From NCBI GenBank assembly GCA_945787795.1, contig CALZJD010000005.1, positions 1 to 40,965 on the forward strand: DNA of 40,965 bases, given 5' to 3'. The notes under the pieces were generated by a model. It was not told the DNA's origin. It did no database searches and saw only the letters and a list, made by a program, of their open reading frames with translations. Of this stretch, positions 9,581 through 20,244 are shown in pieces (position 1 is the stretch's first letter; every line of letters starts with the position of its first letter). The DNA is from Thermodesulfovibrionia bacterium (GTDB lineage Bacteria; Nitrospirota; Thermodesulfovibrionia; UBA6902). A program made the position numbers and the translations under genes.

Positions 9581-11875
9581 CTACCTTGAAACCATTGCCA
9601 ATAATCGGTATCCGATTCTTCGAATGGAATTCTTCGCATGCCAAAACATAAAATTGATAGCGGATCTTGGGTTTCGAATGACCTTCCGAAACACTCTTAT
9701 TTGCTGTTCCAGTGTTAAACTAAAAAAATCTCCCGGCCTTATGATTTTAAAGGGCGACCCGACATTACCTCGAAAAATTGGGTTTATCTGAAATATACGG
9801 GATTCAAGAAGTTGAACCAAATACTTTGCATCGCGCGCAACCACATCTGGAAACCTCTCCAGAATATTACGGCGCATGCGGGTTTGTCCCATCAACGCTG
9901 AACCGGGAGACATGGTTTTCTCGCAAAGGAGTTCAGGATAGGTAATCGCGATCCAATCTGACGCCAAAACGGCATTGACGAGATCCCATTGCTCGAAGCC
10001 GAAATCTAACCCTATCCGGAACATTCCGGACTCAAGAAGTGCTTCTGTACGAACTGCGGTGGCGGGAACGGTTTCATTTTTCAAATGCTGGTATGGAAAT
10101 GCGGGACAGGGATGTGCGACAAAGAGATTATCGTCTCCCACGGTCTGCATCCAGGTAGAGACGAGGCCCACATCAGGGCAATGAGAGAATATGGGTTCGA
10201 CCGCTTCAATATATCCAGGATATAAATGATCGCCGGGGGCAAGAAAAACAAAAGCAATTGGATTGGCACCGGCGGCAAGAACGGTTTCGATACCGATATT
10301 TTTTCTCGCTGAAGTGGACCGGTCCATCACTTGACAGATGCGATATCCGATGGATCGAGCCCTTTGCATAACCGACTTCAAATCATCATCTGTCGGGCCA
10401 CTGTTTACAAGGATGATAACCATTGCCGGTGCGCGTGTCTGTTGTTCCAGCCTTCTCATGCATTTGGAAAGATATCGTGGTTCATTCAAGGCGTCAATTA
10501 CGACGGCAAGGCCTTTAGCAGAATTATTTTTCGCCTCGCGATGTGCCGATTCATCGGATAGGGGCTTCTTCACCCAAGGTAAATTCACCGGAATTCGATT
10601 TGTTCGTTTTACCCCCTGTTTCGCGATCTGCCTACGAAACTGTAAATGTCTCTCCACAGTTACTTTGTTATCGCAGAGTTTTCGGATTTCCAGAGCCGCC
10701 TGGCCTCCCATTTCAACAAGTTGCGTTGGAGGAGTTTCTAAAGCGCGCACCAGAGCCTCGGCAAGCCCGTCAGCATTCGAATTGGCGGACAGCCATCCCG
10801 TTTGATTGTCTGTTATCATCTCGGCCATTCCACCCATCCGGGTTGCAATTACAGGTAGCCCTGAGCACATTGCCTCTACGCAGGTGTTCGGAAAATTCTC
10901 CCAGCGTGAAGGGACCACCGCGATACGGGCTTTCTCCAGAAATCCCGGGAGATCGGTACGCTCATGCCGATCACGGAAGTGGAATCTTGGCTTCATTCGG
11001 GAAGGAATCCGTCTCTTCACAAATTGCTTGACCGATATCCCGTCAGAATAATCGAGGTCCTCACCTATAAACTCGAATTGGGCGAAAGGGTATTTATCGG
11101 CCAAGGAAACCGCAGCGTCCACCCATTCGATCACCCCTTTGCGCGGTTCCAGCCGTCCGATATAACAGATTGTACCGTTTCGCCATACCTGATTGGTCCG
11201 TTGTAGCAGAGGATTATCCCCGATCGGAAGATGAATTACATTTACTGATCCTGCCTCAAGACTGAACTCTGATTCCACCTGGCGGGCGAGGAAATTGCTG
11301 GGACACAGCCAGGCATCGGCGGCCGCAATCGAGTAATCCTCCAATCGTTTCGCCGTCAACCAGTATGGGTTTCCTCCATCCCAATCGTTGGACTGAACGA
11401 CGAATTCACTGGAGGTATGGAGGTGCACGATGCAAGGTGGGTGCCGCCTGGGTCCCAATCCGATCGCCCGTCTCAGCTGAAAGTAATATAGCGGGGCCTG
11501 AAATTCCTGGGCCTCGATGACATCTATTTCAGCTTCCCTTACCAAGTTTTCAGTGAAGAGTCCTGCCTGCCAGGAAAAAGATTGCTGCCAAAAAGGTGAT
11601 TTTCCAAGTCCAATAATCTCCTTGCGGGCAATGTCGGGTTGGGAACGGTTCCCGGTTCCAGGAATGACTTCGTCCACGGGAATGCGATGGACGATCAATC
11701 GGCCCCCACACGATTCTTCTTGTCTTCTTGTCGTCCCTCCCCACAGTCCCGCGATCACATACACCGTTTCACCGGCTTCGGCAAGCAAACGTGAGATGTG
11801 CATTACATAAGTCGCAATTCCCCCGGTAGGCATGGGTGAAGGAGGATACTCAGGGCAGATAATCAAATGATTCAA
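9581..11875 (-). CDS. GT4 + GT2-like bifunctional glycosyltransferase
   Basis: PEYPP..GGIATY, YIGRLEPRKG, PSRWENFPNTCVEAMCSGLPVI; C-terminal degenerate GT2-like domain; TTG start. Confidence 0.9.
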   Translation of the reverse strand: MNHLIICPEYPPSPMPTGGIATYVMHISRLLAEAGETVYVIAGLWGGTTRRQEESCGGRLIVHRIPVDEVIPGTGNRSQPDIARKEIIGLGKSPFWQQSFSWQAGLFTENLVREAEIDVIEAQEFQAPLYYFQLRRAIGLGPRRHPPCIVHLHTSSEFVVQSNDWDGGNPYWLTAKRLEDYSIAAADAWLCPSNFLARQVESEFSLEAGSVNVIHLPIGDNPLLQRTNQVWRNGTICYIGRLEPRKGVIEWVDAAVSLADKYPFAQFEFIGEDLDYSDGISVKQFVKRRIPSRMKPRFHFRDRHERTDLPGFLEKARIAVVPSRWENFPNTCVEAMCSGLPVIATRMGGMAEMITDNQTGWLSANSNADGLAEALVRALETPPTQLVEMGGQAALEIRKLCDNKVTVERHLQFRRQIAKQGVKRTNRIPVNLPWVKKPLSDESAHREAKNNSAKGLAVVIDALNEPRYLSKCMRRLEQQTRAPAMVIILVNSGPTDDDLKSVMQRARSIGYRICQVMDRSTSARKNIGIETVLAAGANPIAFVFLAPGDHLYPGYIEAVEPIFSHCPDVGLVSTWMQTVGDDNLFVAHPCPAFPYQHLKNETVPATAVRTEALLESGMFRIGLDFGFEQWDLVNAVLASDWIAITYPELLCEKTMSPGSALMGQTRMRRNILERFPDVVARDAKYLVQLLESRIFQINPIFRGNVGSPFKIIRPGDFFSLTLEQQIRVFRKVIRNPRSAINFMFWHAKNSIRRIGYRLLAMVSR

Positions 11876-11902
11876 AAATGTTTTCCTTGTTATAGGAGTG
11901 TT

Positions 11903-12706
11903 TCAAACCTCAATCACCTTCTCGTCCCCCTGTCGAAAACTCTCTCCACGGATGTCTGCCTGATATGCCTTTATCACTGAATCAATATCCCCGGTCATAC
12001 GGATGATCCCATCTTCCATCCAGACAGCCATCGAGCAGAGATCACTTATGTGATTGAGGTTGTGAGATACAACGACCATGGTTCCCCCATTGGAATGAAA
12101 TAACTTCAGACGGTCGATACATTTTGTCTGAAAGGACTGGTCACCTACGGCCAGGACTTCATCCAGCAAAAGGATATCCGGCTGGAGAGTAACAGCAACT
12201 GAAAAGGCAAGTCTTGCCACCATACCCGATGAGAAGTATTTTACCGGCAGCTCAATAAAATCACCTATTCCTGAAAACTCAACAATATCATCGTATTGGT
12301 GAGCAAGCTGTATCCGGGACAGGCCCATTATAGCACCGTAGAGCTCAATGTTTTCAGCTCCGGTCAGTTCGGCATTGAAGCCCGCGCCCAGCTCCATCAC
12401 AGATGCAATGCGTCCGAATGTTTCTATCGTTCCAGAACTTGGCTCATAGATGCCGGCGATCAGGCGCAATACCGTGCTCTTCCCACAGCCGTTCTGTCCA
12501 ACCAGCGCAATGGACTCGCCCTGCCGGACCCTGATGTTGAAATCTTTAAGAGAGAACTCCGCGTGCCCCGCCTTAAACGGCTGCCTTTTTATACTCCTGA
12601 TGAACCACTCCCTGAGTGAAACAGTCCGGTGTGAGTAAACATAGAATTGCTTCCTGACATTGCGGCATATTATGGCAGAATTATTAGCTCCTTCAGGCGA
12701 TCTCAT
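11903..12706 (-). CDS. wzt: Polysaccharide ABC transporter ATP-binding protein (no C-terminal CBM)
   Basis: Walker A GQNGCGKST, FSSGM.ARLAF signature, LLLDEVLAVGD..F..KC; 267 aa. Confidence 0.93.
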   Translation of the reverse strand: MRSPEGANNSAIICRNVRKQFYVYSHRTVSLREWFIRSIKRQPFKAGHAEFSLKDFNIRVRQGESIALVGQNGCGKSTVLRLIAGIYEPSSGTIETFGRIASVMELGAGFNAELTGAENIELYGAIMGLSRIQLAHQYDDIVEFSGIGDFIELPVKYFSSGMVARLAFSVAVTLQPDILLLDEVLAVGDQSFQTKCIDRLKLFHSNGGTMVVVSHNLNHISDLCSMAVWMEDGIIRMTGDIDSVIKAYQADIRGESFRQGDEKVIEV

Positions 12707-13562
12707 TACAAACCCCCTTGAAACGATTAAAAATCCAATATCCGATCAGGCAGATAGCAACAGCACTCACAAATGCCGATCCCAGCATCATTATTGATGG
12801 CCAGGCTCCTTCATATAATACAACGTGATACAATCTTAAGATGGTAACGAACGGGTTTATGTAATAGAAGGGACGTGCAACTTCAGGTATCATAGTTACG
12901 GGGTAGAAAACAGGTGAAAGGTAAAATAGCGACGTAATGAGAATTGGCAACGCATGCTGGATGTCGTAGAATAAGACGGCTAACACAGCGAGCGGAAACA
13001 TTAATCCAACGACCAATATCACCTGAATAAAAATGAGAAACGGCAAAAGGATGAGACTTGCGGGTATGGCTCCGTGATGAAAGATGAACAACACAATCAG
13101 GACAATAGTGATCTCGAGCAGAAACTCCACAAGTTTTGAGACAGCAGCGCTCAGGATCAGAACCTCCCTTGGAAAGTAAACGTTGCGACTCAGGGAAGCG
13201 TTGTTAGCAAGAATGGTTGTTGTGAAATTGAGCGACTGCGAAATAAAGTTCCATACGAAAAAACCGCTTATCAGAAAAGCCCAGTAATGATCTATTTGTA
13301 TCCGGATAACGTAGCTGAAGACGGTAACCAAAATTGTCACGGTAAACAATGGATTCAGAACTGTCCAGATCAGGCCAAAAAGCGAGCGCTGGTATTTCAC
13401 TTTCAGGTCGCGGATTACCAGGCTTCGAAACAATTCCCGATATAGCCAGATCTCCATGAGTATTGAGTTGCTGTCTCTCCTTTTTGATCTCGTTACCGAC
13501 ATACTATCCCTTAGTTGTGCCGAGTGCTTAAGGCTGCCGCGTTTATCAGCCATACACTTCAC
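12693..13562 (-). CDS. wzm: Polysaccharide ABC transporter permease
   Basis: RDLKVKYQRS.FG.IW.VLNP, VYFPRE, FYLSPVFYP, YINP motifs; about 6 TM; overlaps wzt. Start uncertain. Confidence 0.93.
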   Translation of the reverse strand: MKCMADKRGSLKHSAQLRDSMSVTRSKRRDSNSILMEIWLYRELFRSLVIRDLKVKYQRSLFGLIWTVLNPLFTVTILVTVFSYVIRIQIDHYWAFLISGFFVWNFISQSLNFTTTILANNASLSRNVYFPREVLILSAAVSKLVEFLLEITIVLIVLFIFHHGAIPASLILLPFLIFIQVILVVGLMFPLAVLAVLFYDIQHALPILITSLFYLSPVFYPVTMIPEVARPFYYINPFVTILRLYHVVLYEGAWPSIMMLGSAFVSAVAICLIGYWIFNRFKGVCNEIA

Positions 13563-13633
13563 TCCGTCGAAGATTGGCTATCCGCTGTACAACCACATAT
13601 GATCCTAATCCCCGCCAGCAATTCCACCACATC

Positions 13634-14542
13634 CTATCCATACTTAGTTTTTAAGCGACCTACAATGAAACCCAATGTTTCAATAACCTGTAATTGATGG
13701 ACAAAATACTTTTTATTCAGGGTCAACAGCTTTTTCAGGAACTCGGACATATCGCTTCTGAATTTCCTGACAGTATAATCGGGATACCCTAATAAGTTTT
13801 CATATGGGTAATCGAGCAGGAGACCGTGAATTTCTCCATAATGAAACCTCCATCTTCGAAAATACATCTTTCTCATTCGTTCTTCTGAAATACAATGTTG
13901 TACGATCACATCCGGCGTGTACAGGATGGATTCTCCTCCTTCTAAAAGTCTGCACATAAAATGTGACTCTTCTCCGGAATAAAGCTTGTCCGGAAACCGG
14001 CCTCTATCTGTAGTGAACAGACCATAGGTCTCAAAAGCAGCAGCACGAACAGCAAAGTTTGCTCCCCAGATTTCAGGCGTATTGAGAAAAAGAGGAACAT
14101 TGCCGTAGTCCAGAAGGGCTAAATAACCGTACAACTCTTCCGACAACCAGGCCGGCACAGGTTTTTCCCAGACAGGAAGGATCTTCCCCCCAATACACTG
14201 AACATCATATTCCCTGAAAGTCTTTACAACAGCCCCAATCCACTCATGGTCAACGACGACATCATCATCAGTAAAAGCGATTAGCATGCCCTTTGATTCA
14301 CGAATACCCCGATTTCGTGCAAATGATAGCCCCTGCCGCTCTTCCTTAAAAGAGAGGATGGGAAAGCTGCTGTGATCCTGAAAGCTTTTGACTACCTCCT
14401 CTGTATTATCCTTTGAGTTGTTATCGACGATCACGAGTTCCCATTTCAGATTATGTGGAATAGACGATGCCATTAAGCTGTCCAGCGTTCTTTTCAGAGA
14501 GGCAGAACGATTACAGGTGCATATTATTACGCTAAGGTCCAT
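13634..14542 (-). CDS. GT2 glycosyltransferase
   Basis: SVIICTCNR, VDNNSKD, GLSFARNRG, FTDDD, GANFAVR, GEES. Confidence 0.95.
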   Translation of the reverse strand: MDLSVIICTCNRSASLKRTLDSLMASSIPHNLKWELVIVDNNSKDNTEEVVKSFQDHSSFPILSFKEERQGLSFARNRGIRESKGMLIAFTDDDVVVDHEWIGAVVKTFREYDVQCIGGKILPVWEKPVPAWLSEELYGYLALLDYGNVPLFLNTPEIWGANFAVRAAAFETYGLFTTDRGRFPDKLYSGEESHFMCRLLEGGESILYTPDVIVQHCISEERMRKMYFRRWRFHYGEIHGLLLDYPYENLLGYPDYTVRKFRSDMSEFLKKLLTLNKKYFVHQLQVIETLGFIVGRLKTKYG

Positions 14543-14597
14543 GCTGTTGTGAATCCTTAATATTAAAAGACGTACAGTAATTTAAATTTCACTGGCT

Positions 14598-16208
14598 CTA
14601 TGCCTTCAAAATCTCCCTGATCGGTTCACCATCAACAGATGACGATTTCACTCCGAGCAAGCTGGTAAACGTCGGGGCAAAATCCATGATGGAAACAGTC
14701 CTGTCCAGACATCCAGGGTTTATTCCTGCTCCAAAGGCAATAAACAGACCTTCCGGCCTGTGGTCACCTGTTCGGCAGTAGGAATTCACGCCCTCGATGA
14801 TCCCTGTTTTTTCAGAAAAAAGACGTATCCTGCTCCCCTTTCCATCCCCGTTATCACTTGTTCCTGAATATTTTTCATCGCTCCACTCGACCAACAGGTC
14901 AGGCAGGTGGTCCATACCTTCTCCCTGATACAATTCTGATGTTCTTCGTACGCTCTTTATCATGGGAGTTCCCGTATCATAATCAACAATTTTCAATAAA
15001 TTCCGGGCAAGATCGTCACAAAAAGAATCCATTTCCGTTCCCGGCTTTATGATCCCCATGGGCTCCCGGCCAGCCAGATTAACACGAACACCACCGACAG
15101 ATAACGCATTTTCCACAGGAAAGCATTTACTTTTTTTCAGATCTATCCCTGAAATGGTGGGAGGGGGAGAGGCGTGATGAGCGTCGGCATGTCCGCGATA
15201 GCTATCACGTAGAGCCCCAAGTTTCCCCGTGATGCTTTGAGGCATACGATGCCAAACCGTTTTCAGGAGAGCATCCATTCTGTTTTCAGAACCCGATGAA
15301 GGAGAGTGAACATGGTCCATATTGTAAATCTCTGCAGCTCCCAGGCTGATGAGTACCTCGGGGAGCAGGAATTGTGCGCCATAATTATGAGCCATTCGAT
15401 GACTGGCAAGAAAAACAACAATAGTGTCGTCATCGATCTCTGCGAGAATCTCCCCGATTGCAGCATCAATGGCCATGTACACATCACGAACAGGATTGCC
15501 CGTCATTGCAGTGGTCTCGGATGAATAATTGGGATGAAACGGATCATGAAGATGCCAGCACTGATGTCCGGCACAATGGCCTTCGGTAAATACCTGGGCA
15601 AAGAAGTCCCATTTTTCTTTCTTCAGATAGTGCATGGTCAACTCTGTCTTTCGCTGCACACCCTGTATAAGCTGGTCTCTGAAATCACAAAAGTCCCTGG
15701 GAGAACGTCCTTGAACATCACATGAGTTTTTCAGGGGGTGCTGACCAAATCGGCCCAGCACGTCCTGTTTCAGCTCCTGCGGCCAGGTACAAAATCCATA
15801 ATTTGGATCATGCGAGCCCCATTCCACCATTTGAATTCCGTTGATCTTCCGGGAGATCCCTGACAAAGGGATGTCAAGGACGGCAACTTTTCGTCCGGCT
15901 TTGCTCAGAGAGTTCCAGAAAGGCTCATGCTTTATAAATTCGCCTGTGTAGCACCGATAGAGATCATAGGTCCCCGGATTCAGTTGAGTGAGTCTATGAA
16001 AGCCGTGACGGCCCGGAGTAACCCCCGTATAAAACGATGGCCAGGTAGCTCCTTCAAAGAAGCCCTCAAGACTCATCGTATTGCCAACCAGTCCCTTGCC
16101 GAGTAAAGTACGAATATTTTTCAATGTTCCTTCAGCAGCCCAGTTCTGTATCAAAAACTTGTCTCCGGCATCAATAGCGAGAAAAAGCACTTTTGCAGTC
16201 TTGGTCAT
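14598..16208 (-). CDS. Alkaline phosphatase superfamily (nucleotide pyrophosphatase/phosphodiesterase-like) protein
   Basis: LAIDAG, ATWPSFYTG.TPGRHG, H.AGHQCW, ASHRM, TGDHRPEG, MDFAPT motifs. Confidence 0.85.
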   Translation of the reverse strand: MTKTAKVLFLAIDAGDKFLIQNWAAEGTLKNIRTLLGKGLVGNTMSLEGFFEGATWPSFYTGVTPGRHGFHRLTQLNPGTYDLYRCYTGEFIKHEPFWNSLSKAGRKVAVLDIPLSGISRKINGIQMVEWGSHDPNYGFCTWPQELKQDVLGRFGQHPLKNSCDVQGRSPRDFCDFRDQLIQGVQRKTELTMHYLKKEKWDFFAQVFTEGHCAGHQCWHLHDPFHPNYSSETTAMTGNPVRDVYMAIDAAIGEILAEIDDDTIVVFLASHRMAHNYGAQFLLPEVLISLGAAEIYNMDHVHSPSSGSENRMDALLKTVWHRMPQSITGKLGALRDSYRGHADAHHASPPPTISGIDLKKSKCFPVENALSVGGVRVNLAGREPMGIIKPGTEMDSFCDDLARNLLKIVDYDTGTPMIKSVRRTSELYQGEGMDHLPDLLVEWSDEKYSGTSDNGDGKGSRIRLFSEKTGIIEGVNSYCRTGDHRPEGLFIAFGAGINPGCLDRTVSIMDFAPTFTSLLGVKSSSVDGEPIREILKA

Positions 16209-16238
16209 TTCATTACGCCTTCCACCATGTGCAGATAA

Positions 16239-17342
16239 TCATGGCCCATAGGAATACATCCAGCTGCATCGGTTACAACCTGCAAAATGCTTCTCCTTCA
16301 ATATCACGGAACGGAATTTGCATGCTTGTTCGTTATTCCAGAGATCATACAAACTATTGTTGCGGAGGTTCCCGATACTATAGTCATCTATCCATTCATC
16401 AGGGCAGAACCTGACATCACCATTCGGTTTTATAACAGCCCCGAAAAAAGGAGCAATACATCTCGTTTTCAGCCGAGGACTCTCTGAATAATACTTGACA
16501 GTATCAGCGCTTGATAAATCCGGAAACATAATGACCTTCGGCAGACTGCTCACATACATAATTTCGTTAAGGAATGCCCTTTGTTCAGTTATGCGGGAAT
16601 CTGGGAGCACATGACTGGCGGCTCCGGCAGCCCTGCACCCGAGTGTATGTCTGATAGCCGACTGGTGGATTGCCAGTTCATTTTCTGAAACATACCAGAG
16701 ATGATGTAATCGATAAAAATCAGCGCCATTTCCGGTTGACTGTTCTATTGCGTTTAACGTCTCCTTTAAACGGCCCATCAGGCTGAGTGTTAAGACTACA
16801 TTCACGGTAATAACGGGTTTCATGGATGCCTGTTTTTTTTTGTATTCAGCAATTTTTCTCAAGCTTTCAGTCGCCTTCTCGAAAACACCTCTCCCTCTCA
16901 CCCGATCATGCAGTTCTTTATTGCCATCGATGGAGAAACTGATCTCGTCAACTCCAAGCTCAACAAGCATTTCTATGTCTTTTGTTTCCAGTAACGTTCC
17001 ATTTGTTGTAAACGCTACAGACAGATTCCTGCTTTTTATATGCTTCAGGACCATCAGGAAATCTTCACGTATAAAAGGTTCAGATCCGCCTATATATATA
17101 TGAGAGATATGCCGGGCCAGCTGATCTACTATGGTGCAAACCTCGTGAGTTTTAAGTTCACTGCCTTTGTAGCGGTCACCAATTCCGTTCTCCCCATGGA
17201 ACCAGCACATCTTACAGCGTAAATTACACCTGTTGCTCAGTTCTATATCGACCTGATCCGGTCTATCACAATGAAAGTCTGATAGGGCATGAGGATAGAC
17301 ACTGAGAAGATGCTTTAATGCTCTATCTTTGCGAAATATCAC
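16239..17342 (-). CDS. Radical SAM protein with SPASM/twitch domain
   Basis: CNLRCKMC, GGSEP, TTNGTLL, SIDG..HD..RG, CIAPF...GDVRFCP...CNRC; GTG start. Confidence 0.92.
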   Translation of the reverse strand: MIFRKDRALKHLLSVYPHALSDFHCDRPDQVDIELSNRCNLRCKMCWFHGENGIGDRYKGSELKTHEVCTIVDQLARHISHIYIGGSEPFIREDFLMVLKHIKSRNLSVAFTTNGTLLETKDIEMLVELGVDEISFSIDGNKELHDRVRGRGVFEKATESLRKIAEYKKKQASMKPVITVNVVLTLSLMGRLKETLNAIEQSTGNGADFYRLHHLWYVSENELAIHQSAIRHTLGCRAAGAASHVLPDSRITEQRAFLNEIMYVSSLPKVIMFPDLSSADTVKYYSESPRLKTRCIAPFFGAVIKPNGDVRFCPDEWIDDYSIGNLRNNSLYDLWNNEQACKFRSVILKEKHFAGCNRCSWMYSYGP

Positions 17343-17360
17343 TTCCCCGAGAACCTTAAA

Positions 17361-17660
17361 TTATCTGTCAAAATGAATCGTGTCATCCATCGGATTTTGT
17401 GAATAACTATTTGGTCCCATCGTGCATTTCAGGCAGAGATCATATTTCTTTCTCCACCCTGCAATTCTCTTATTATCTGTTTATATTGCTCCAACTGCAA
17501 ATTTCCATAATACTTTTATTAAATATATTTGATTTTAGTAATTCCCGGTACATGTATTCACAGCAAAAACTCACGTCTCCATTGTAATGCATTAATAGAT
17601 ACTTTCTTGGATTGGCACAAATTCCGGTTGGGAATGTTCTCTTTTCCAACGCTTGCTCTA
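17361..17660 (-). pseudogene. Radical SAM SPASM C-terminal remnant
   Basis: ICANPRKYLLMHYNGDVSFCCE...NIFNKSIMEI, frameshift, LEQYKQIIRELQGGER, frameshift, YDLCLKCTMGP...HFDR*; no CxxxCxxC core. Confidence 0.8.
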
Positions 17661-18716
17661 TCCCCATCGCGAGCGCGGACGTGCTCCTGAAGCACCGGTG
17701 CTGCGATAATGAACCCATTTAATCCCTCCCACTGCCATTCCAGCCGAATATGCAACACGCGAAGCAAGCACAAAAGGTGACATCAAAAGCGGTTCAAACC
17801 GTCCTGCGCGCAACCAGCAGGCGAGTATGTAGACAGTGTGGGCAACAGCCAGTAACGGGCTGAATGCGATAAGCAAGGTTGGATATCGGTAAAGCCATGC
17901 CATGCGAGCTGCACCGGTTTGAGACTTGCTTTCGATTGCCGTGTAACCCCATCGATAATTCCTGCGCAGCATGTTTAGAAACCCAGGCTTATTGTAGTGA
18001 TGTGCCACAGCCCGCGGTTCAAAATAAATGCGATGCCCCGATCGGTGCAATTCGGCCAGCCAGAACCGTTCCTCATTCGTATATTCAAAAGGGGGGGTCT
18101 CTGCAAATCCAGACGTGCTTAAAAAGGCTTCTCTCCTTACGCTGATGTTCGGTGGCGGATGATGAGGCACATAACCCGCTGCCCGTTCCGGATGAATCAG
18201 GTACCAGCCGCAATAATAATCACATCTTGCCATTATCGGTAGTTCCGGTGGAAGGGCAAGTGCCCCGCCCACAACAGTCGTTTCATTGGCATGACCTTCG
18301 AGGATTGCTTTCAACCAGCCGTCAGCTACGATACAGTCGGCGTCAAGAAAAATAATAGGATCCCCGGAGGATATGGCTGCCCCCCGGTTGCGGGCGGCTG
18401 CCGGATTTCCCCGGGCACCTTTACTGTTTAACTCAAGAACCGTTGCTCCGGCAGAACGTGCTGCCTGTGCAGTGCCGTCTGTAGAACCATCGTCCACTAC
18501 AATCACTTCAATCTCTGCGCCTTTGCATTGCTGAAGAAAAATGGACTGCACAACCTTTTTGATATGTAATTCTTCGTTACGCGCAGGAATGACAATCGAG
18601 ACAAGTGGAAAGGGCAGGACATCATTATGCGATAAAGTGCTTCCCGGAGGTTCAACCATTCCCTTATGGCTGCCGCTGGCAGGACTATTACTGTATGATA
18701 AGTTAATTTCATTCAT
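17658..18716 (-). CDS. GT2 glycosyltransferase with C-terminal membrane segments
   Basis: VSIVIPARNEE, VVDDGSTDGT, AARNRGA, FLDADC. Confidence 0.93.
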   Translation of the reverse strand: MNEINLSYSNSPASGSHKGMVEPPGSTLSHNDVLPFPLVSIVIPARNEELHIKKVVQSIFLQQCKGAEIEVIVVDDGSTDGTAQAARSAGATVLELNSKGARGNPAAARNRGAAISSGDPIIFLDADCIVADGWLKAILEGHANETTVVGGALALPPELPIMARCDYYCGWYLIHPERAAGYVPHHPPPNISVRREAFLSTSGFAETPPFEYTNEERFWLAELHRSGHRIYFEPRAVAHHYNKPGFLNMLRRNYRWGYTAIESKSQTGAARMAWLYRYPTLLIAFSPLLAVAHTVYILACWLRAGRFEPLLMSPFVLASRVAYSAGMAVGGIKWVHYRSTGASGARPRSRWG

Positions 18717-19884
18717 CCGGACTACTTATTACTTTACCATTAGTCACACTATCGTAGATTTCTGATACATCTGCATTAAATCTGGTCCAGTTGAGGTTCT
18801 CTCTGGCATATGCCTGAGCCGAGCATCCAAGGTGTTTCGCCTTGCCCGGATCCTTGAGAACCTGCACAATTGCTTTTGCCAGTTTACCGGCCGAAGGTTT
18901 CACCAGTATTGCCCGGTTATCATCCAGGACCGTCCGGTGACATTCTGTGTCAGTGGCCACGATAGGTTTACCTGCAGCCATATATTCAAAAACCTTAAGC
19001 GGAAGATTACAACTATTTTCCCGTGGAGAGACCAGCACATCGGACATGGCAAGATACCGGGGAATTTCCGCTTTCGGTCGTTTTGGAACCTGAATGATTC
19101 CCTTGCAGTTTTTAATGTTTTCCGAAGATTGATTGCTGCCAACAAAAACAAATACGGTATCCGGCACTTCACTGAGAACGAGGGGATAGGCATCCGCCAG
19201 CATGTCAAGACCCTGATAAGACTCAAAACTGCCGCAGTAAAGGACAACACGGGATGTGTGCGAAATCCCGAGTTGTCTGCGCAAGGCTCTTTTACTCTCT
19301 TCTGAGACAGCATAATTCTCGCTGGCAAAGCGCCACTCCCGAACCTGCGCAGCGGGATCTATGGTGTGGACCAGTTTTTTTAATCCTGAACTGCAGGCAA
19401 TGATATCAACCCTCCTGATGAGCCACCTTTCGCACATACGGAGGATGTTTTGGACTGCGGCCGAGCGGCAGAGGAGATGCTTTTTCATTTGTTCGGGCAT
19501 ACTGGATTGCATATCATATAGCACCGGTATATTATGTTTTTGACCTAAGACCGCAGCGGCGAAGGCTGCCTCTTCAACGGCATGAATGCAATCATATCTG
19601 GTCTGTTTCAGAAGCCTCTTTAGTGCAATGGTAAGAAATGCATCGAGGAGAACTTTCCTGTAGGAAAAGCCGATTGGCACATGGCGTATGGAAAAGGGTT
19701 TGCCAACTCGAATTATTCGTAACCCAGGCAAATCGATGTCCTCTCCCATGGAAAAAGTGAGGAGATCGACCTTTCGTCCGCTCTTGCTGAGAGATTCGAT
19801 TACCTGCCTAATAGCGATCGGTGTACCCCGGTCTTCATAAAAAGGCTCAGGAGCAATGATAAGAATCTTTCCGGTTTTACTCAA
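18709..19884 (-). CDS. GT4 glycosyltransferase (first gene of the cluster)
   Basis: APEPFYEDRGTP, YCGSFESYQG, DVLVSPR, PLKVFEYMAAGKPIVAT; TTG start. Confidence 0.93.
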   Translation of the reverse strand: MSKTGKILIIAPEPFYEDRGTPIAIRQVIESLSKSGRKVDLLTFSMGEDIDLPGLRIIRVGKPFSIRHVPIGFSYRKVLLDAFLTIALKRLLKQTRYDCIHAVEEAAFAAAVLGQKHNIPVLYDMQSSMPEQMKKHLLCRSAAVQNILRMCERWLIRRVDIIACSSGLKKLVHTIDPAAQVREWRFASENYAVSEESKRALRRQLGISHTSRVVLYCGSFESYQGLDMLADAYPLVLSEVPDTVFVFVGSNQSSENIKNCKGIIQVPKRPKAEIPRYLAMSDVLVSPRENSCNLPLKVFEYMAAGKPIVATDTECHRTVLDDNRAILVKPSAGKLAKAIVQVLKDPGKAKHLGCSAQAYARENLNWTRFNADVSEIYDSVTNGKVISSPDE

Positions 19885-20244
19885 TGGTTTCGAATTCCGA
19901 ATGAGTATAGTTTCTTTTCTTCTAAACGCATTTAAATAATAGACACAGCTCCGCTTTCTCAGTTACAATCGCAGTAATGAAAATCCCCTTCTCCTGCCTG
20001 GCAATTTAGTTTATAGATGGGCTAGCGAACTTCCTTCATGAATGTTCTAGTAAATTATGATGAAGTCTAAATTTTTTCCGATTTTTTCTGAAATATTAAT
20101 ATATTAAGAGGGGCTAGCGATTAAATATTTTATAACTATCAACTTACATATATAAATGTTCTTTGATCAATTCAGATATTGCCGGATAAAAGAAAGAACA
20201 TAGTTAATATTGTAATAATAATATACATATTAATGGTTTGACTA

